Positions 27,401 through 35,860 of a DNA stretch of 64,000 nucleotides are shown piece by piece. The notes below the pieces were generated by a model. It did not search any database, was not told where the DNA came from, and worked only from the letters and a program-made list of their open reading frames with translations. Position numbers and translations under genes: made by a program. This DNA comes from Botryllus schlosseri (taxonomy: Eukaryota), in the NCBI GenBank assembly GCA_051294905.1, contig CM119372.1, forward strand, positions 10,788,001 to 10,852,000. The letters run 5' to 3'. Position 1 is the stretch's first letter. Every line of letters begins with the position of its first letter.

Positions 27401-30400
27401 CTTTAGTTTTAGAGCTGTTTTAGCATGCCACCTTTGAAACTTTCTGGACTAAAGACATCAAATACATTCTCCGCTTTTAGAAGTAGTATTTATATTTCAC
27501 TTTCAATTCCCAGTATCATATACTTTGAGTTCTTATTAATATCAGTTCTTTTGTCTGGATAACGTACATGTTGAAGTATAAAAGAAATTGTAGTATTGCC
27601 TTTAATTTCCGGAAATAAAGCTACAGAATATGGCATTTTTACGATCCACCTTATTTCTATTCACGTTTACTAGTCGCGCAAAGTGTTTACACCGCATCCT
27701 TTACAACTTCTCAATATTGCTCTTCGACTAAACTACGGGCTTTATAACATGGGGGAGTGCGCCATACCATGATATTTTCTAAAACGTGTTGTTCGATTAA
27801 ATAGAGGATTAGTATCGCATTTCCATATCAACACTATCATTTTCATCCCATGATGCGGACGAATGCTTATGCTGTCGAAAATTGAATACCTCCTGGTATG
27901 CATCAATCTGAATGAAGCTCGGCACCTTTCGCATAGCTCAATTTGCACCTGTTGACAATTCCTTCGAACGAATTACGATCGTTTTCACAACTACTTACTT
28001 ACTTGAGTAGATTTAAAGTCAGTCAATTCTACTTCTACTTCAAGTAGTTTTAGATTGCTTATGGAAGAAGTACTTCTACTCGTACTTGAGTAGATTTTTT
28101 CGTCGCTACTTCTACTTCTACTTGAGTAGCTTTCTTGACTACTTTGACCACCTCTGCCCGTTATACACTGGTCCGAAAAATGATTAAGGCCGATATGCAA
28201 ATCATTTGCACGCGACTCGGCATTAGAGACAGCGCCAGGCTTTCGAGATAACAATACATCGTAATTTTGCATAGAAACGGTCTACAAGAAACCGGAATAC
28301 TCCGCGATGGACTTTCGGATGAAACCGGAATTCACGCAGACCCTCAACAACCGACGCATCGTCGAGAACTACAACGGTACGCTGAGCTGCGCGTTGAAAT
28401 GCAACCCGAAGCCCAAGGTCCGATGGTTCAAGAACAAGATCGAGATCATTGATAACCCAAAATACAAGACGACCCAATCCATGGGTAAGTCGCTAGACGG
28501 AGTCGGGGGTGTCGAATTTCCAGTCGGTTCGCGAAATTCGTTGTATTTGTTCAGGCGGCTTTGAAATCTTATCTGATCGGTAAACGCGCTAAAGCGGTTT
28601 AACCTTATGTGTTCCAGGAATTGTGCAGCTCGAGATACGGCGGGCGCGTCTGAACGATGCTGGCACCTACACCGTGACTGCGTCTAACGAACTGGGTGAG
28701 GCGTCTTGTTCGGCCGAAGTCTCTATACGCGAAATTAAAGGTACGTAAGTCCTGGCGTATAATCGTCGGTCGATATATCTCATATCCAGACTTGTACAAA
28801 CTACCTATTTAGTTGGTTGATGGTCAACTAACTATACTGTGCATTTCAGTAGTTCTAGTTCTAGTTCCAGTTGCGAATTTTGACAAGTACAAGTCTGCTC
28901 ATATCGCCTTTCACGATTTACGTAGTAGAAATTGAAAATGAAAGTTGACGCCACCTATCCGGTATGACGACACCAATGGGAGTTTTAATACTATGACGTC
29001 ATAATGGGCCATCGTGCAAGAGTACCGGTTGAAGTAATTTTGGTTTTCAAGTTTTTTGGTTTCCTGGTGATCATGTAGAAAAAACGTTCCAAAGAAACAT
29101 GCAGATGCGTGCAGTGCATTGCATGAGCTCCCGATGTTTCTCGTGACGCTAATCTAAAGCAAACCCGGTGTATGACTTTACCGGAGGGGATCAGTAAGTG
29201 CGTCTACTTTTTGGGAGAGCTCAAGTATAGGTTTTACTCACGTGGTTCTGTTTTTAGGCGAATTCCACTTCTACTTTACACACTTTCGATTTTGTGGAAA
29301 GTAGTTTAGAGATGTGCGTCAGTTTCACAAGTGAAACTCTTGTATAACAACTAGGAAAAATAGCCCCTGTATCACGGTATATGAGTATATTTTCGTAATT
29401 GCACCTGTAATGTGTTGTTCCATTTTGCACCCTGCAACTTCGATAGCGGCCATCACTTCCGATTGACTGCTAAAAGTATGTGATCTCTCGACCAAATCTA
29501 CTTTATGAAACGGCTTACCCGAGTATACTTAACAGTCCTTCATTTTCATTCTCCCATTTGAAGTAGCTTTTAGATGTGTTGGAAATCAGTGCTTCTACTG
29601 GCAACAGAGTAAAGTGAGTAGAGATTTGCGTCGTTACTTCTACTTCTACTTGAGTACCAACTCTGAATACTTTAACCACCTCCGGATTCCACACGGTTTG
29701 CAAGACACCCTTCATTTCTGACCGCATAAAGAGGCCCATTCGTCAAACATAAAATCGGTTCCATATCCGATAGCCAGTCTATGTTTGTATTCTTGGAATC
29801 GGCTGGGGCGACTAAGTCCACGCTTCGAGTATGCGCAAACACAACAAGAGGCTTGTTGTTGTCATGTGGCGACTTGAGAATTCAAGTCACCGCAAGCTTT
29901 TAATCTACCATGTAAAGCAGAGATAAGATATATTTGAGGGCTCTTTCAAATAGGATAATCTACGTTAACCTTCCCTAGAACTACACGGCGCCGATAAAAA
30001 TGGCATTTCAACTTGTTTGTCTTATACTTGAGTCCCTGTATCCTAACGAGAAAAGACCAAGGCGTGTGTAACTGATATATAGTTGGCACCTGACAAATTT
30101 GCTACGTCATAAATTCGTTTAATCAAAACAGGAGGAAGATAAATTTATCCCTTTTGAAGCATCAGCGATTAATGATAGTTCTGTAAATATCATTCCGACA
30201 AAGATCACATTCATTTTATCACCACTCTGAATATTTACAACGCGCCTAATCCCTGCAATTACGTTGCTTATTCTGTTACACGTGTTAATCTATTGCCCGA
30301 AACTGATGTCTGTGTTTTAGATATTTCTCAGTCTCGCGGTGCAGCGCGTACCTTGCAGGGCTAAAGGAAACTGTATCATTCAGATATTAACATACGATAT

Positions 30401-33315
30401 GTGACTGAGAGATGAGCAATGAACGTGGATTCTGATTCGGACTTGGACATTAACTTTTTTATAATATACAATTTTAATGCGAAAGTTTAGTCACTACCGG
30501 TTACAGACTAGGATTCAGACATGATGCTAAATGAATTCTAGATTTGGAGTTGGATTTCGATTTGTTTTGAATCTGCTCATCTGTGCATGCGATCCGACAC
30601 CGCTTATCCATTTATAGAACTTTTACCGAAAAAAATACTTGTTATATTATCTCTATTACCTCGTGGAATCCCAATAGAAAACGATGACAGAAATCTATAT
30701 TTTGCATTTGCGATAACTGACGGTAATCGTTTTCGATCATACTTCCGCAGATAATTCTTCGCTTTACACACTATCTGTTTGGCCCACTTCGATAACATCT
30801 GGGCTCTGAGGAATCGCGTGCTGTTGAGCAATAAGTCCCCGCATCGTGAGATCTACTCGTATTATGTGTCGTATCAAATTAACTTCCTGAAAATGTTCAT
30901 TAAAGTGATGTGATATAGCACTATGTGTTCTTTGATACCCCAACTGCCTAGATACGAGATATGAACGGGTCTGATATTTTAGCTTGATATGAGCTGCCAA
31001 TCTAAAGCTTGACTTGTATTATATCGTGTTCCAGTCCATATCCGGTATGTGCTCAAAATCTTCCTTAGCAAGAAAATTGAATTGGTCAAAATTCCTTCTC
31101 GAAATCCTTATCTGAATGCGGCCGAAATATTTCGAGCCGGTCTATCAGAATCCAAATCAATCTATGCTTGATACTACCATTTTCAGCCGGGTTGCACTTT
31201 AAATCCATCGCGTATTCAATCGCTCCTGATTAAAACATGTTTTAAGCAATGTTTACAACAAAAACATGTAGTGTTTGCTTTACAAAACCGTGTAATTATG
31301 TCACAATGGTTTAATTATTATTTTCGAAAGACCAAGTGGCCTATAATCGTAACGACTACAGGCACTGTGCGATACGGAACTACAACCCGCAGTCGGTATG
31401 CAGCATGCAGTTCCATCACTCCATATTTTACAGATGAACCAATTCTGGTCTACTTTTATTTTGTGGGGGAGGGGGAAAGCCCTGGGCGATGTCTGTGGTA
31501 ATATTAAAATTGAAGATTATATTTATGACATTTGGACAATTGGTGAAATACTGCCTTCTATTAATATTACCCAATCGCTTCCCTGGCACACTGAGTTGGT
31601 CATCAGATGCGATTAAAGTCACATTCGATAATTCTACCACTGTGATACCAGAGCATGGAATTAACCTCGGCGAATTTCTGATGCACCTGCCATCTCAGAA
31701 AAATTATCATTATCACACATTTTGGCTATACATTATGCTTGATTTTGCAAATCCGATCATGATGCAAGATGATCTGTTTATGGATAACATTGAAGATAAT
31801 GCGCCGAAGTCGATCAATTGCTGCTGAATGCAGCTCAGTCTGCCGTGAATGACGCCTCTTAATGAGTATAGAATAACTTCCAATAATCCTATTTTGCGAA
31901 CCTTGCACTATGCAATATCTACAATTGCACCAATGCACATGTATTCATATAAATGTTATGTTTCATATACTGGTGGTATTAATGGCTAAAATATCATAAA
32001 TTCAGTGTACCTTAACTGAAAAGAGTTGATTTTGATATATTTACGGGTACTGGAAATTTGTTGTGTTGACTAAAAAATCGTCACAATGGGCAAGATTTGT
32101 TCGGTTCGGAGCAGAACTCTGAAACCTTGTCTATCCTTTGTGTATTCACTACATGTAAGGCATGCCACAAATATTAATTTGTTTAGTAAATATCATACGA
32201 CGGCGTTTAGTGTATATATAATATCAACGCCAGTTCGCCACATATCGTGAGATGAATTAGGAAACACTTTTAGTTGTTTCTTCAACGTTCTTCTGACAGC
32301 CTTACCAGAGTCTCCTTCGAATTACGGTCACGAAACCTGTCGGCTTAAATTATCGCGTATGTGTGTGATATTAGAATCAGAATCCGACTAAAGAAAGAAT
32401 CCAGCAATTTCATAATCATAATCAGAAAATAACTGCCGATTTGGACGGACATCAATCCATCATTACCGCACCTAAATACCTCTCTAATCTGTATGGCCAC
32501 TAGCCAGCTTAGAATTAAATGCGAAAACCACGATGTCCATTGTCCAGTCCACTCGTGGAGGATTTGATATCAATCTCAACTTTCAAATTGATTTTACATT
32601 CCTTTTCCTCATTCTGTTCACCATTGACTTCGCCTGTATCACAAGCAGCGACATCGACATATAGGTTTACATTAAGGGCACTGCGCTCTAAATATCATGT
32701 GGTGTAAAATTACAGTTGAAGGTGTGAAAACAATATTGACAGCAGTCAGTTTAGTCAGAGCCATCATATTCGAACTGTGGCTAAAAGATTTTCACGAGTG
32801 GTCCATTTCAGCAATTCTGTGGTATGGAGGAACTAGAAATCTCAAGGATCTTTTGCCGGACTCAGCGAAGTAATGGGGTACAATCGCTCGCAGTTTCTCG
32901 CGCCTTAATATGAGAAAACGCCTTTTGCGGATCGACGTCGGGCTCCGACAGTATGTTTTGATTAGGAACATTCGCGCAAAGTTTGACGAAGTTCATGCCG
33001 TCGAAATCCCTCTACTGTATACATCATCCCAGACGCTTATCGCCATGATATTGCGGAATGCATCCGGGTAAAGATTATTAAATCGCAGAGTGTGCTAAGT
33101 TTGTTTTCGGTTGAGATTGACGTCTAATCCCGAGTCTGCGGCCGGGCGAATACGGCGTTGTCTTGCATCAGCGACGGACGGCTAGTTAATGCAATCAACG
33201 ACTTATAACTTGTTTTCCACAAACACCCCGTCTGGTGATTATATCAGGCAGCGTGAAATTGAACTTTCGATAATAGAGTCACGCTGCTTTCTGCTTCTTT
33301 CCAGCTCAAGGTTAA
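412..33315 (+). CDS. MYBPC: Myosin-binding protein C (M-motif, Ig C2-C5, FN3 C6-C7, Ig C8, FN3 C9, Ig C10); multi-exon, 5' part outside window
   Basis: 23 GT-AG exons splice in consistent phase to 2942 nt (exon A isoform). Diagnostic tri-helix motif [33 protein letters not shown] (vertebrate [33 protein letters not shown]) and the canonical Ig/FN3 domain order. Confidence 0.96.
846..863 (+). CDS. MYBPC: Candidate 18-nt in-frame micro-exon in M-motif (ENRPNP)
   Basis: ctgttgatag|TGAGAACCGGCCGAACCC|gtaata; phase 2-2 matches the flanking exons. Confidence 0.45.
1009..1062 (+). CDS. MYBPC: MyBP-C exon, M-motif (DEKELEKDIDFRKRLKQ)
   Basis: ttttaag acceptor, gtaag donor; DFRKRLK matches the vertebrate DFxxLLKKR motif. 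Confidence 0.85.
1146..1318 (+). CDS. MYBPC: MyBP-C exon, M-motif tri-helix bundle
   Basis: ttcag acceptor, gtgagt donor; conserved tri-helix sequence. Confidence 0.95.
1675..1827 (+). CDS. MYBPC: MyBP-C exon, Ig C2 first half
   Basis: FSKKMPETISCTLGDKVVLEAEV...VKWQKNG; acag/gtatc sites, phase 1-1. Confidence 0.93.
1854..2383 (+). mobile_element. hAT/Charlie-like MITE with a nested fragment of the CTACTT family
   Basis: TIRs CAGTGGTTCCCAAA / TTTGGAACCACCG; flanks GATTAAAA vs GACTAGAA (6/8). Confidence 0.55.
2437..2541 (+). CDS. MYBPC: MyBP-C exon, Ig C2 second half
   Basis: NKRTLVIDKAILEDDATYSCLVGKDSSACELFVR; ctcag/gtaaac. Confidence 0.93.
2596..2672 (+). CDS. MYBPC: MyBP-C exon, Ig C3 start
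   Basis: HPVTITKGLEDVQVVEGQDAEFKCE; ttaag/gtatac. Confidence 0.92.
2887..3000 (+). CDS. MYBPC: MyBP-C exon, Ig C3 middle
   Basis: LSNENGRFKILKDGSQIEQGDKYNIKKEGAHVTFNVKK; ttctag/gtaaat, phase 0-0. Confidence 0.9.
3059..3172 (+). CDS. MYBPC: MyBP-C exon, Ig C3 end / C4 start
   Basis: ISTDDEGFYQVVTNGAQSCAEIVVQETPSFTQSFSDLK; 58-bp upstream intron. Confidence 0.9.
3242..3358 (+). CDS. MYBPC: MyBP-C exon, Ig C4 first half
   Basis: VNFKDTAEFACEVADESIQGHWLKNG...; cgcag/gtaaaa. Confidence 0.93.
3430..3604 (+). promoter_or_regulatory. Two MEF2-consensus sites (CTATAAATAA) in a MyBP-C intron
   Basis: Exact YTA(A/T)4TAR matches at 3430-3439 and 3595-3604; function unproven. Confidence 0.2.
3858..4005 (+). 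CDS. MYBPC: MyBP-C exon, Ig C4 second half and linker
   Basis: DKKERKLIITQVNDGDQGEYTFAAEG...; ttccag/gtaac. Confidence 0.93.
4455..4722 (-). mobile_element. CAGAGGTGGTCA/CTACTT hAT MITE, short type
   Basis: Reverse copy ending tgaccttctctg; internal AGTAGAAGT repeats. Confidence 0.6.
4801..4940 (+). CDS. MYBPC: MyBP-C exon, Ig C5 first half (shared)
   Basis: PPKIFLD...IVVRAGNKVKLAIPISGQPAPVVEWKK (vertebrate PPKIHLD...[25 protein letters not shown]); ends in phase 0 at gtgagc. Confidence 0.95.
5035..5203 (+). CDS. MYBPC: MyBP-C Ig C5 second half, alternative exon A
   Basis: VISEESSGRVKIVNSLDANITTLVIDKAKRSDSADYVLNLTSEEGVVTATFVVKVI; ttcag/gtgggg; phase 0-1, 169 nt. Confidence 0.9.
5545..6112 (+). 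mobile_element. CAGAGGTGGTCA/CTACTT hAT MITE, long type
   Basis: gaagtacttctactttt start motif and atagcccctgt..cgcggt core shared with other copies. Confidence 0.65.
6113..6347 (-). mobile_element. CAGAGGTGGTCA/CTACTT hAT MITE, short type
   Basis: Ends gaagtacttcgttacacaccatctctg (reverse complement of the family terminus). Confidence 0.65.
6645..6855 (+). CDS. MYBPC: MyBP-C Ig C5 second half, alternative exon B
   Basis: DKSEVIEATGKRVWTNTSTEHNKTHLEISSCKRSDSALYVCTLTWDKSGTEGADSEYIRRHDFEFHLRVV; ttgcag/gtgag; phase 0-1, 211 nt. Confidence 0.88.
8072..8585 (+). mobile_element. CAGAGGTGGTCA/CTACTT hAT MITE, long type
   Basis: cggtggtcagtaacggggtacttctacttttt ... tactttgatcacatgtg. Confidence 0.7.
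9219..9323 (+). CDS. MYBPC: MyBP-C exon, FN3 C6 first part
   Basis: DVPGSPLTPNVSNVTAETCSLDWQEPADDGGYPIE; acag/gtgag. Confidence 0.95.
9437..9675 (+). mobile_element. CAGAGGTGGTCA/CTACTT hAT MITE, short type
   Basis: cagaggtgac ... tactttgaccacctctg. Confidence 0.7.
10000..10560 (-). pseudogene. Possible decayed LINE (CR1/L2 group) ORF2 3' end
   Basis: Frame-broken VFPLPYIKR*KEL (compare FFPxxIKxWNxL) and IRLSLS...RHN...SPCFAC (compare LRLGLSxLxxH...SPxCxC); judged by eye only. Confidence 0.3.
10885..11300 (+). mobile_element. CAGAGGTGGTCA/CTACTT hAT MITE, degenerate
   Basis: caaaggtggtca start; tagcccagtatcacggt core. Confidence 0.55.
11402..11590 (+). CDS. MYBPC: MyBP-C exon, FN3 C6 second part
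   Basis: GYVIERKKTQSQRWIRLN...YEARRMIDGIEYQVRVRAVSEVGVSEPS; tttcag/gtgggt. Confidence 0.95.
12188..12685 (-). mobile_element. CAGAGGTGGTCA/CTACTT hAT MITE, long type
   Basis: cagcgctggtcaaagta ... aaaagtagaagtagttccttactgaccacatttg. Confidence 0.65.
13022..13134 (+). CDS. MYBPC: MyBP-C exon, FN3 C7 first part
   Basis: ACSVPIGFKVTATTDESIELSWQTPVEIGAAGLDGYK (vertebrate W.PPERVGAGGLDGY); tttcag/gtaact. Confidence 0.93.
13741..14280 (+). mobile_element. CAGAGGTGGTCA/CTACTT hAT MITE, long type
   Basis: catagttgctcagtaac ... tactttgaccaccgctg; flanks CTGCAGAC/CTTCGGAC (6/8). Confidence 0.7.
14383..14581 (+). CDS. MYBPC: MyBP-C exon, FN3 C7 second part
   Basis: LEMRK...W...NLETCKKYEFRIAAINKAGPS; ttcag/gtaag. 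Confidence 0.93.
15371..15930 (+). mobile_element. hAT MITE (TAGGGCTGGGCA TIR) nested in an older inverted copy of the same family (about 15200-15972)
   Basis: TIR tagggctgggca / tgcccagcccta; perfect TSD CTCAGAAT at 15363-15370 and 15931-15938. Confidence 0.85.
18607..18860 (+). mobile_element. tRNA-derived SINE, possibly MetaSINE-like
   Basis: A box TAGTGTAATGG, B-box-like GGTGCAATCCC, followed by gggtcagaccaaagactcgaaaactggt..ctcgctaggc. Confidence 0.55.
20119..20207 (+). CDS. MYBPC: MyBP-C exon, Ig C8 first part
   Basis: EEPKISIPRPYLKPVKVKVGEKLHINVPYQ; ttgcag/gtaatt. Confidence 0.94.
20269..20461 (+). CDS. MYBPC: MyBP-C exon, Ig C8 second part
   Basis: GKPKPVLTW...VRNSPDSTVLFIRKAERWDSGRY; atgcag/gtgatt. 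Confidence 0.95.
20668..21127 (+). mobile_element. CAGAGGTGGTCA/CTACTT hAT MITE, long type
   Basis: ttggtcagtgacgtagtacttctactttttcgg ... ttctttgatcccctcta; an extra terminus CAGAGGTGGTCA at 20521. Confidence 0.65.
21725..21869 (+). CDS. MYBPC: MyBP-C exon, FN3 C9 first part
   Basis: DIPSKPRQVKLVEVIGNSASLKWEEPNDSGNTDIIGYAVEKRD; Trp codon split TG|G with the next exon. Confidence 0.94.
22844..23798 (+). mobile_element. Non-autonomous hAT element (TAGGGATGGTGTGAAC TIR, GGTTCACGTTC subterminal repeats)
   Basis: Perfect TSD CAAGCGAT at 22836-22843 and 23799-23806. Confidence 0.85.
23614..23661 (+). repeat. (CAA)n microsatellite inside the hAT element
   Basis: caacaacaa...gaagaacaacaa; source of the spurious poly-Q ORF. 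Confidence 0.85.
24933..25084 (+). CDS. MYBPC: MyBP-C exon, FN3 C9 second part
   Basis: FVVYDKLRHKQCQVSDLVLGNNYFFRVRAINEVG; acgcag/gtaag. Confidence 0.95.
25183..25639 (+). mobile_element. CAGAGGTGGTCA/CTACTT hAT MITE
   Basis: Ends tactttgaccacctctg; CTACTT repeats. Confidence 0.65.
26864..28156 (+). mobile_element. 1.3-kb CAGAGGTGGTCA hAT element with a unique interior
   Basis: TIR CAGAGGTGGTCA at both ends; perfect TSD CCCGTTAT at 26856-26863 and 28157-28164. Confidence 0.88.
28275..28484 (+). CDS. MYBPC: MyBP-C exon, C9-C10 linker and Ig C10 first part
   Basis: YKKPEYSAMDFRMKPEFTQTLNNR...LSCALKCNPKPKVRWFKN; catag/gtaag. Confidence 0.95.
28618..28740 (+). CDS. MYBPC: MyBP-C exon, Ig C10 second part
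   Basis: GIVQLEIRRARLNDAGTYTVTASNELGEASCSAEVSIREIK; ttccag acceptor; donors at 28741 and 28745; not present in the supplied ORF track. Confidence 0.93.
29182..29684 (+). mobile_element. CAGAGGTGGTCA/CTACTT hAT MITE, long type
   Basis: cggagggggatcagtaa ... tactttaaccacctccg; atagcccctgtatcacggt core. Confidence 0.65.
33305..33315 (+). CDS. MYBPC: Probable MyBP-C terminal coding exon (AQG-stop) followed by 3' UTR
   Basis: Strong acceptor gctttctgcttctttccag; short ORF in either donor phase; two AATAAA about 400 nt downstream. Confidence 0.6.
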
Positions 33316-33701
33316 AGTAACAGAGATTCGCGGACGTCAGCTGCAGCGGAAATATCATCTGTTACTAAGAAGCAAAAGGATTATATATTTAGTCTTTATT
33401 TATAAGTAAGATTATTTGCGATGTCTCCAAAAAGTAGAGCATTCTTGGCAAACGAAGTCGCCTCATCTGCGTATAAAATGAACGGTTAAACAGTGAACAC
33501 GTATCCTGTTTCGCTTCAAAACAAATTCGTAACTCGTGCTTGTTATTATTTGAATCCGGTGGAATTAGCACCATATTTCAATGACATTCGTGCTCGATTT
33601 CTCCTGTAGCATTCTTTCGACTTGAACGCATTTTTTAAATTTAATCTTATAGGCCTGTATTGCTGATGCATGTACATTGTACATTTGTATAATACGATGG
33701 A

Positions 33702-33724
33702 AATAAACCTGTAAACTCAATAAA
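33702..33724 (+). terminator. Tandem AATAAA polyadenylation signals, probable MyBP-C 3' end
   Basis: AATAAA at 33702-33707 and 33719-33724 after an AT-rich UTR-like stretch. Confidence 0.5.
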
Positions 33725-35288
33725 CACAGCATATCAAAACATGAAACTTTCGCGGAAACAACCATCACGATCTGTGCATTTGCTGAATACAAATGCGAAT
33801 TTCGGGCTGTACCAAATCGGGCACCGGTGATTCCATTCTTAGTCGAGGAATAGTTCAGCCTTACGAATTATTTATGTTAGCTATACATCGCCCTGCGACC
33901 TTGCGTGACCTTGCACGCAAAAGGCTTGTGGCTTAAGTCTCGTGCGCTGGATAACAATAGATGTTGATAACTCACGCATCTGCCTTTTGGAAACGTTTAA
34001 TGCACACAGAATAGAGCAATGGTTCTTAACCTTGCCTCCAGCGCCCGCCGTGGGGCGATTTGGGTTTAGAAGGGACCGGAAACGCTCAGGGGGTGATATG
34101 GGGGGCGCTGGGCTCAGCGGGCGGTATGGGAGGGGGCGCTGAAAACAAATGGTTCCGAGTAGGACATATCATTAAGGAGTTTTCAGTGAAATTAACATTA
34201 GACAAAACATGTCGAATCTCGAAAGTTTTGGTCGCGCACCTCGACGATGCTTGTTACATGTTTACGTAAATGTAGTGGCTTATTATAATTCATGTAAAAT
34301 GAATTGCGCGTACTTTAAGTTCGCCAATTTCCCGTATTGACATTCGCAGATGTGAATTCGGGATGTCTACACCTGCATGGTTCGAACCAGCTTGTTATAA
34401 CAACCTTCATTGGACCCCGAATATGCCACATACAATTACTATATCTTTTATTAGTCGAGTGGTGCTCGGGCACGAGTGAAGAGCGAAATATTTCCAATAG
34501 TTAAGTCTCAACCCAAAAAGAACGACCGGACTTTGACGTCTTACCAGGACCGTGACTGCCGCACCCCAAGCCCATTAATTGGGAGGGGCGAGCTCGAAGG
34601 GAGCCCAAAATTATTTCGGTGAATGGACAATAATTCTACATCATTTTTTGATGATTTATATAACTTTTTTCAATTTTCTTCTCCCGCTATACGCGATTTC
34701 ACGTTACCAAATTATTGATTATTGGGTACCCTTCCCCCACGAAAAATACGCATGATTTATCGAAAATAGAAACAGGCATTTCGGTGTCGGCCATTACCAC
34801 TACACGATACACGAACGAAGACATATGAAGTTTGGGCCAATATGGTACTCCGAGAAGTGTGCCAAAAAGATCGTCAGTGAGAAAACCTTGGCCGAAGAGG
34901 ATTGCCTTTTTGGTGACCGCAAACTTCGATATAAATATGTCCAATTGTCCATAAGTGCTTAAATGGCTCGTGCCGAATCATCCTGTCATGGCAATCTTAA
35001 CCACACAGAACAAATAACAAATTATTTGCCAGTGAAGAAATACCGATTTTGAATCGTGTGCTTATTTTAGTTTAGTACGTTTATGCGATTTCGATATCTT
35101 TTGCTTATATATCGGACAGCAGGTCACAAAATGACAACTTGTTACGAAGTAATTGTACCAAAGGGCCCGACCGATTATGTTTAATTAATTTCGTGCCCTA
35201 CATTTTCCAAGGCAACACCTCACTCTGCGCTACCGGTAAATCTGATTACGTGGGCTGAGAGGATATATAGTGATATATATACAATCAC

Positions 35289-35649
35289 GGCTCTTCAAAA
35301 ATGACTTTTTTTTTCAAACCGTACTGGCTACTTGATAATATTGTTAGTTTACCTAATTTAAGCCTACCCACAAAACTTGGTTCAATTCCAGCCAGTAACC
35401 GCTTTGCTACAGGAGAAGAAAGTTTCTATTTATTATATAAAAATAAATGATAAAAAATTTGAAAATTTTCTGTTCACCCCATGAAAGTGTTAGGCTGTCT
35501 ATAGAAACGATGCTCACCAAATTTGGTTCAATTCCAACCAGTGGAAGCGGAGTTATTGCCATCGAAAAATTTGGATTTGAATAAAATAGTATTTACGGTG
35601 ACCGATTCTTTGTTTATTTATAATAGTTGTGCTCACCGTAAATACTATT
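35289..35649. mobile_element. Truncated copy (one arm plus spacer) of the 59028-59691 foldback element
   Basis: Near-identical to the reverse complement of its right arm and central spacer. Confidence 0.8.
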
Positions 35650-35860
35650 GCCAGTGTTTGGACCATTGCACGTCAAGACATTTTACTTATTGATACCATC
35701 AGGTGACTCTCCATCGATGGAATGCTGTTGCCATCGTAGAAGGCGTTTCAGCCAGTGTGGAATAGTGTTGTTGGGCACAGGCGAAATGGCTTATTTTGAA
35801 GCAGCAACAATAATAATTTAAAAATGAAATCAATTTTAGCATTTCAAAATCCTTTAATTA
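35650..35860 (+). repeat. Dispersed repeat, second copy at about 54970-55200
   Basis: Shared blocks ccattgcacgtcaag, tcgatggaatgctgttg, tattttgaa, gaaatcaat..agcatt. Confidence 0.6.
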
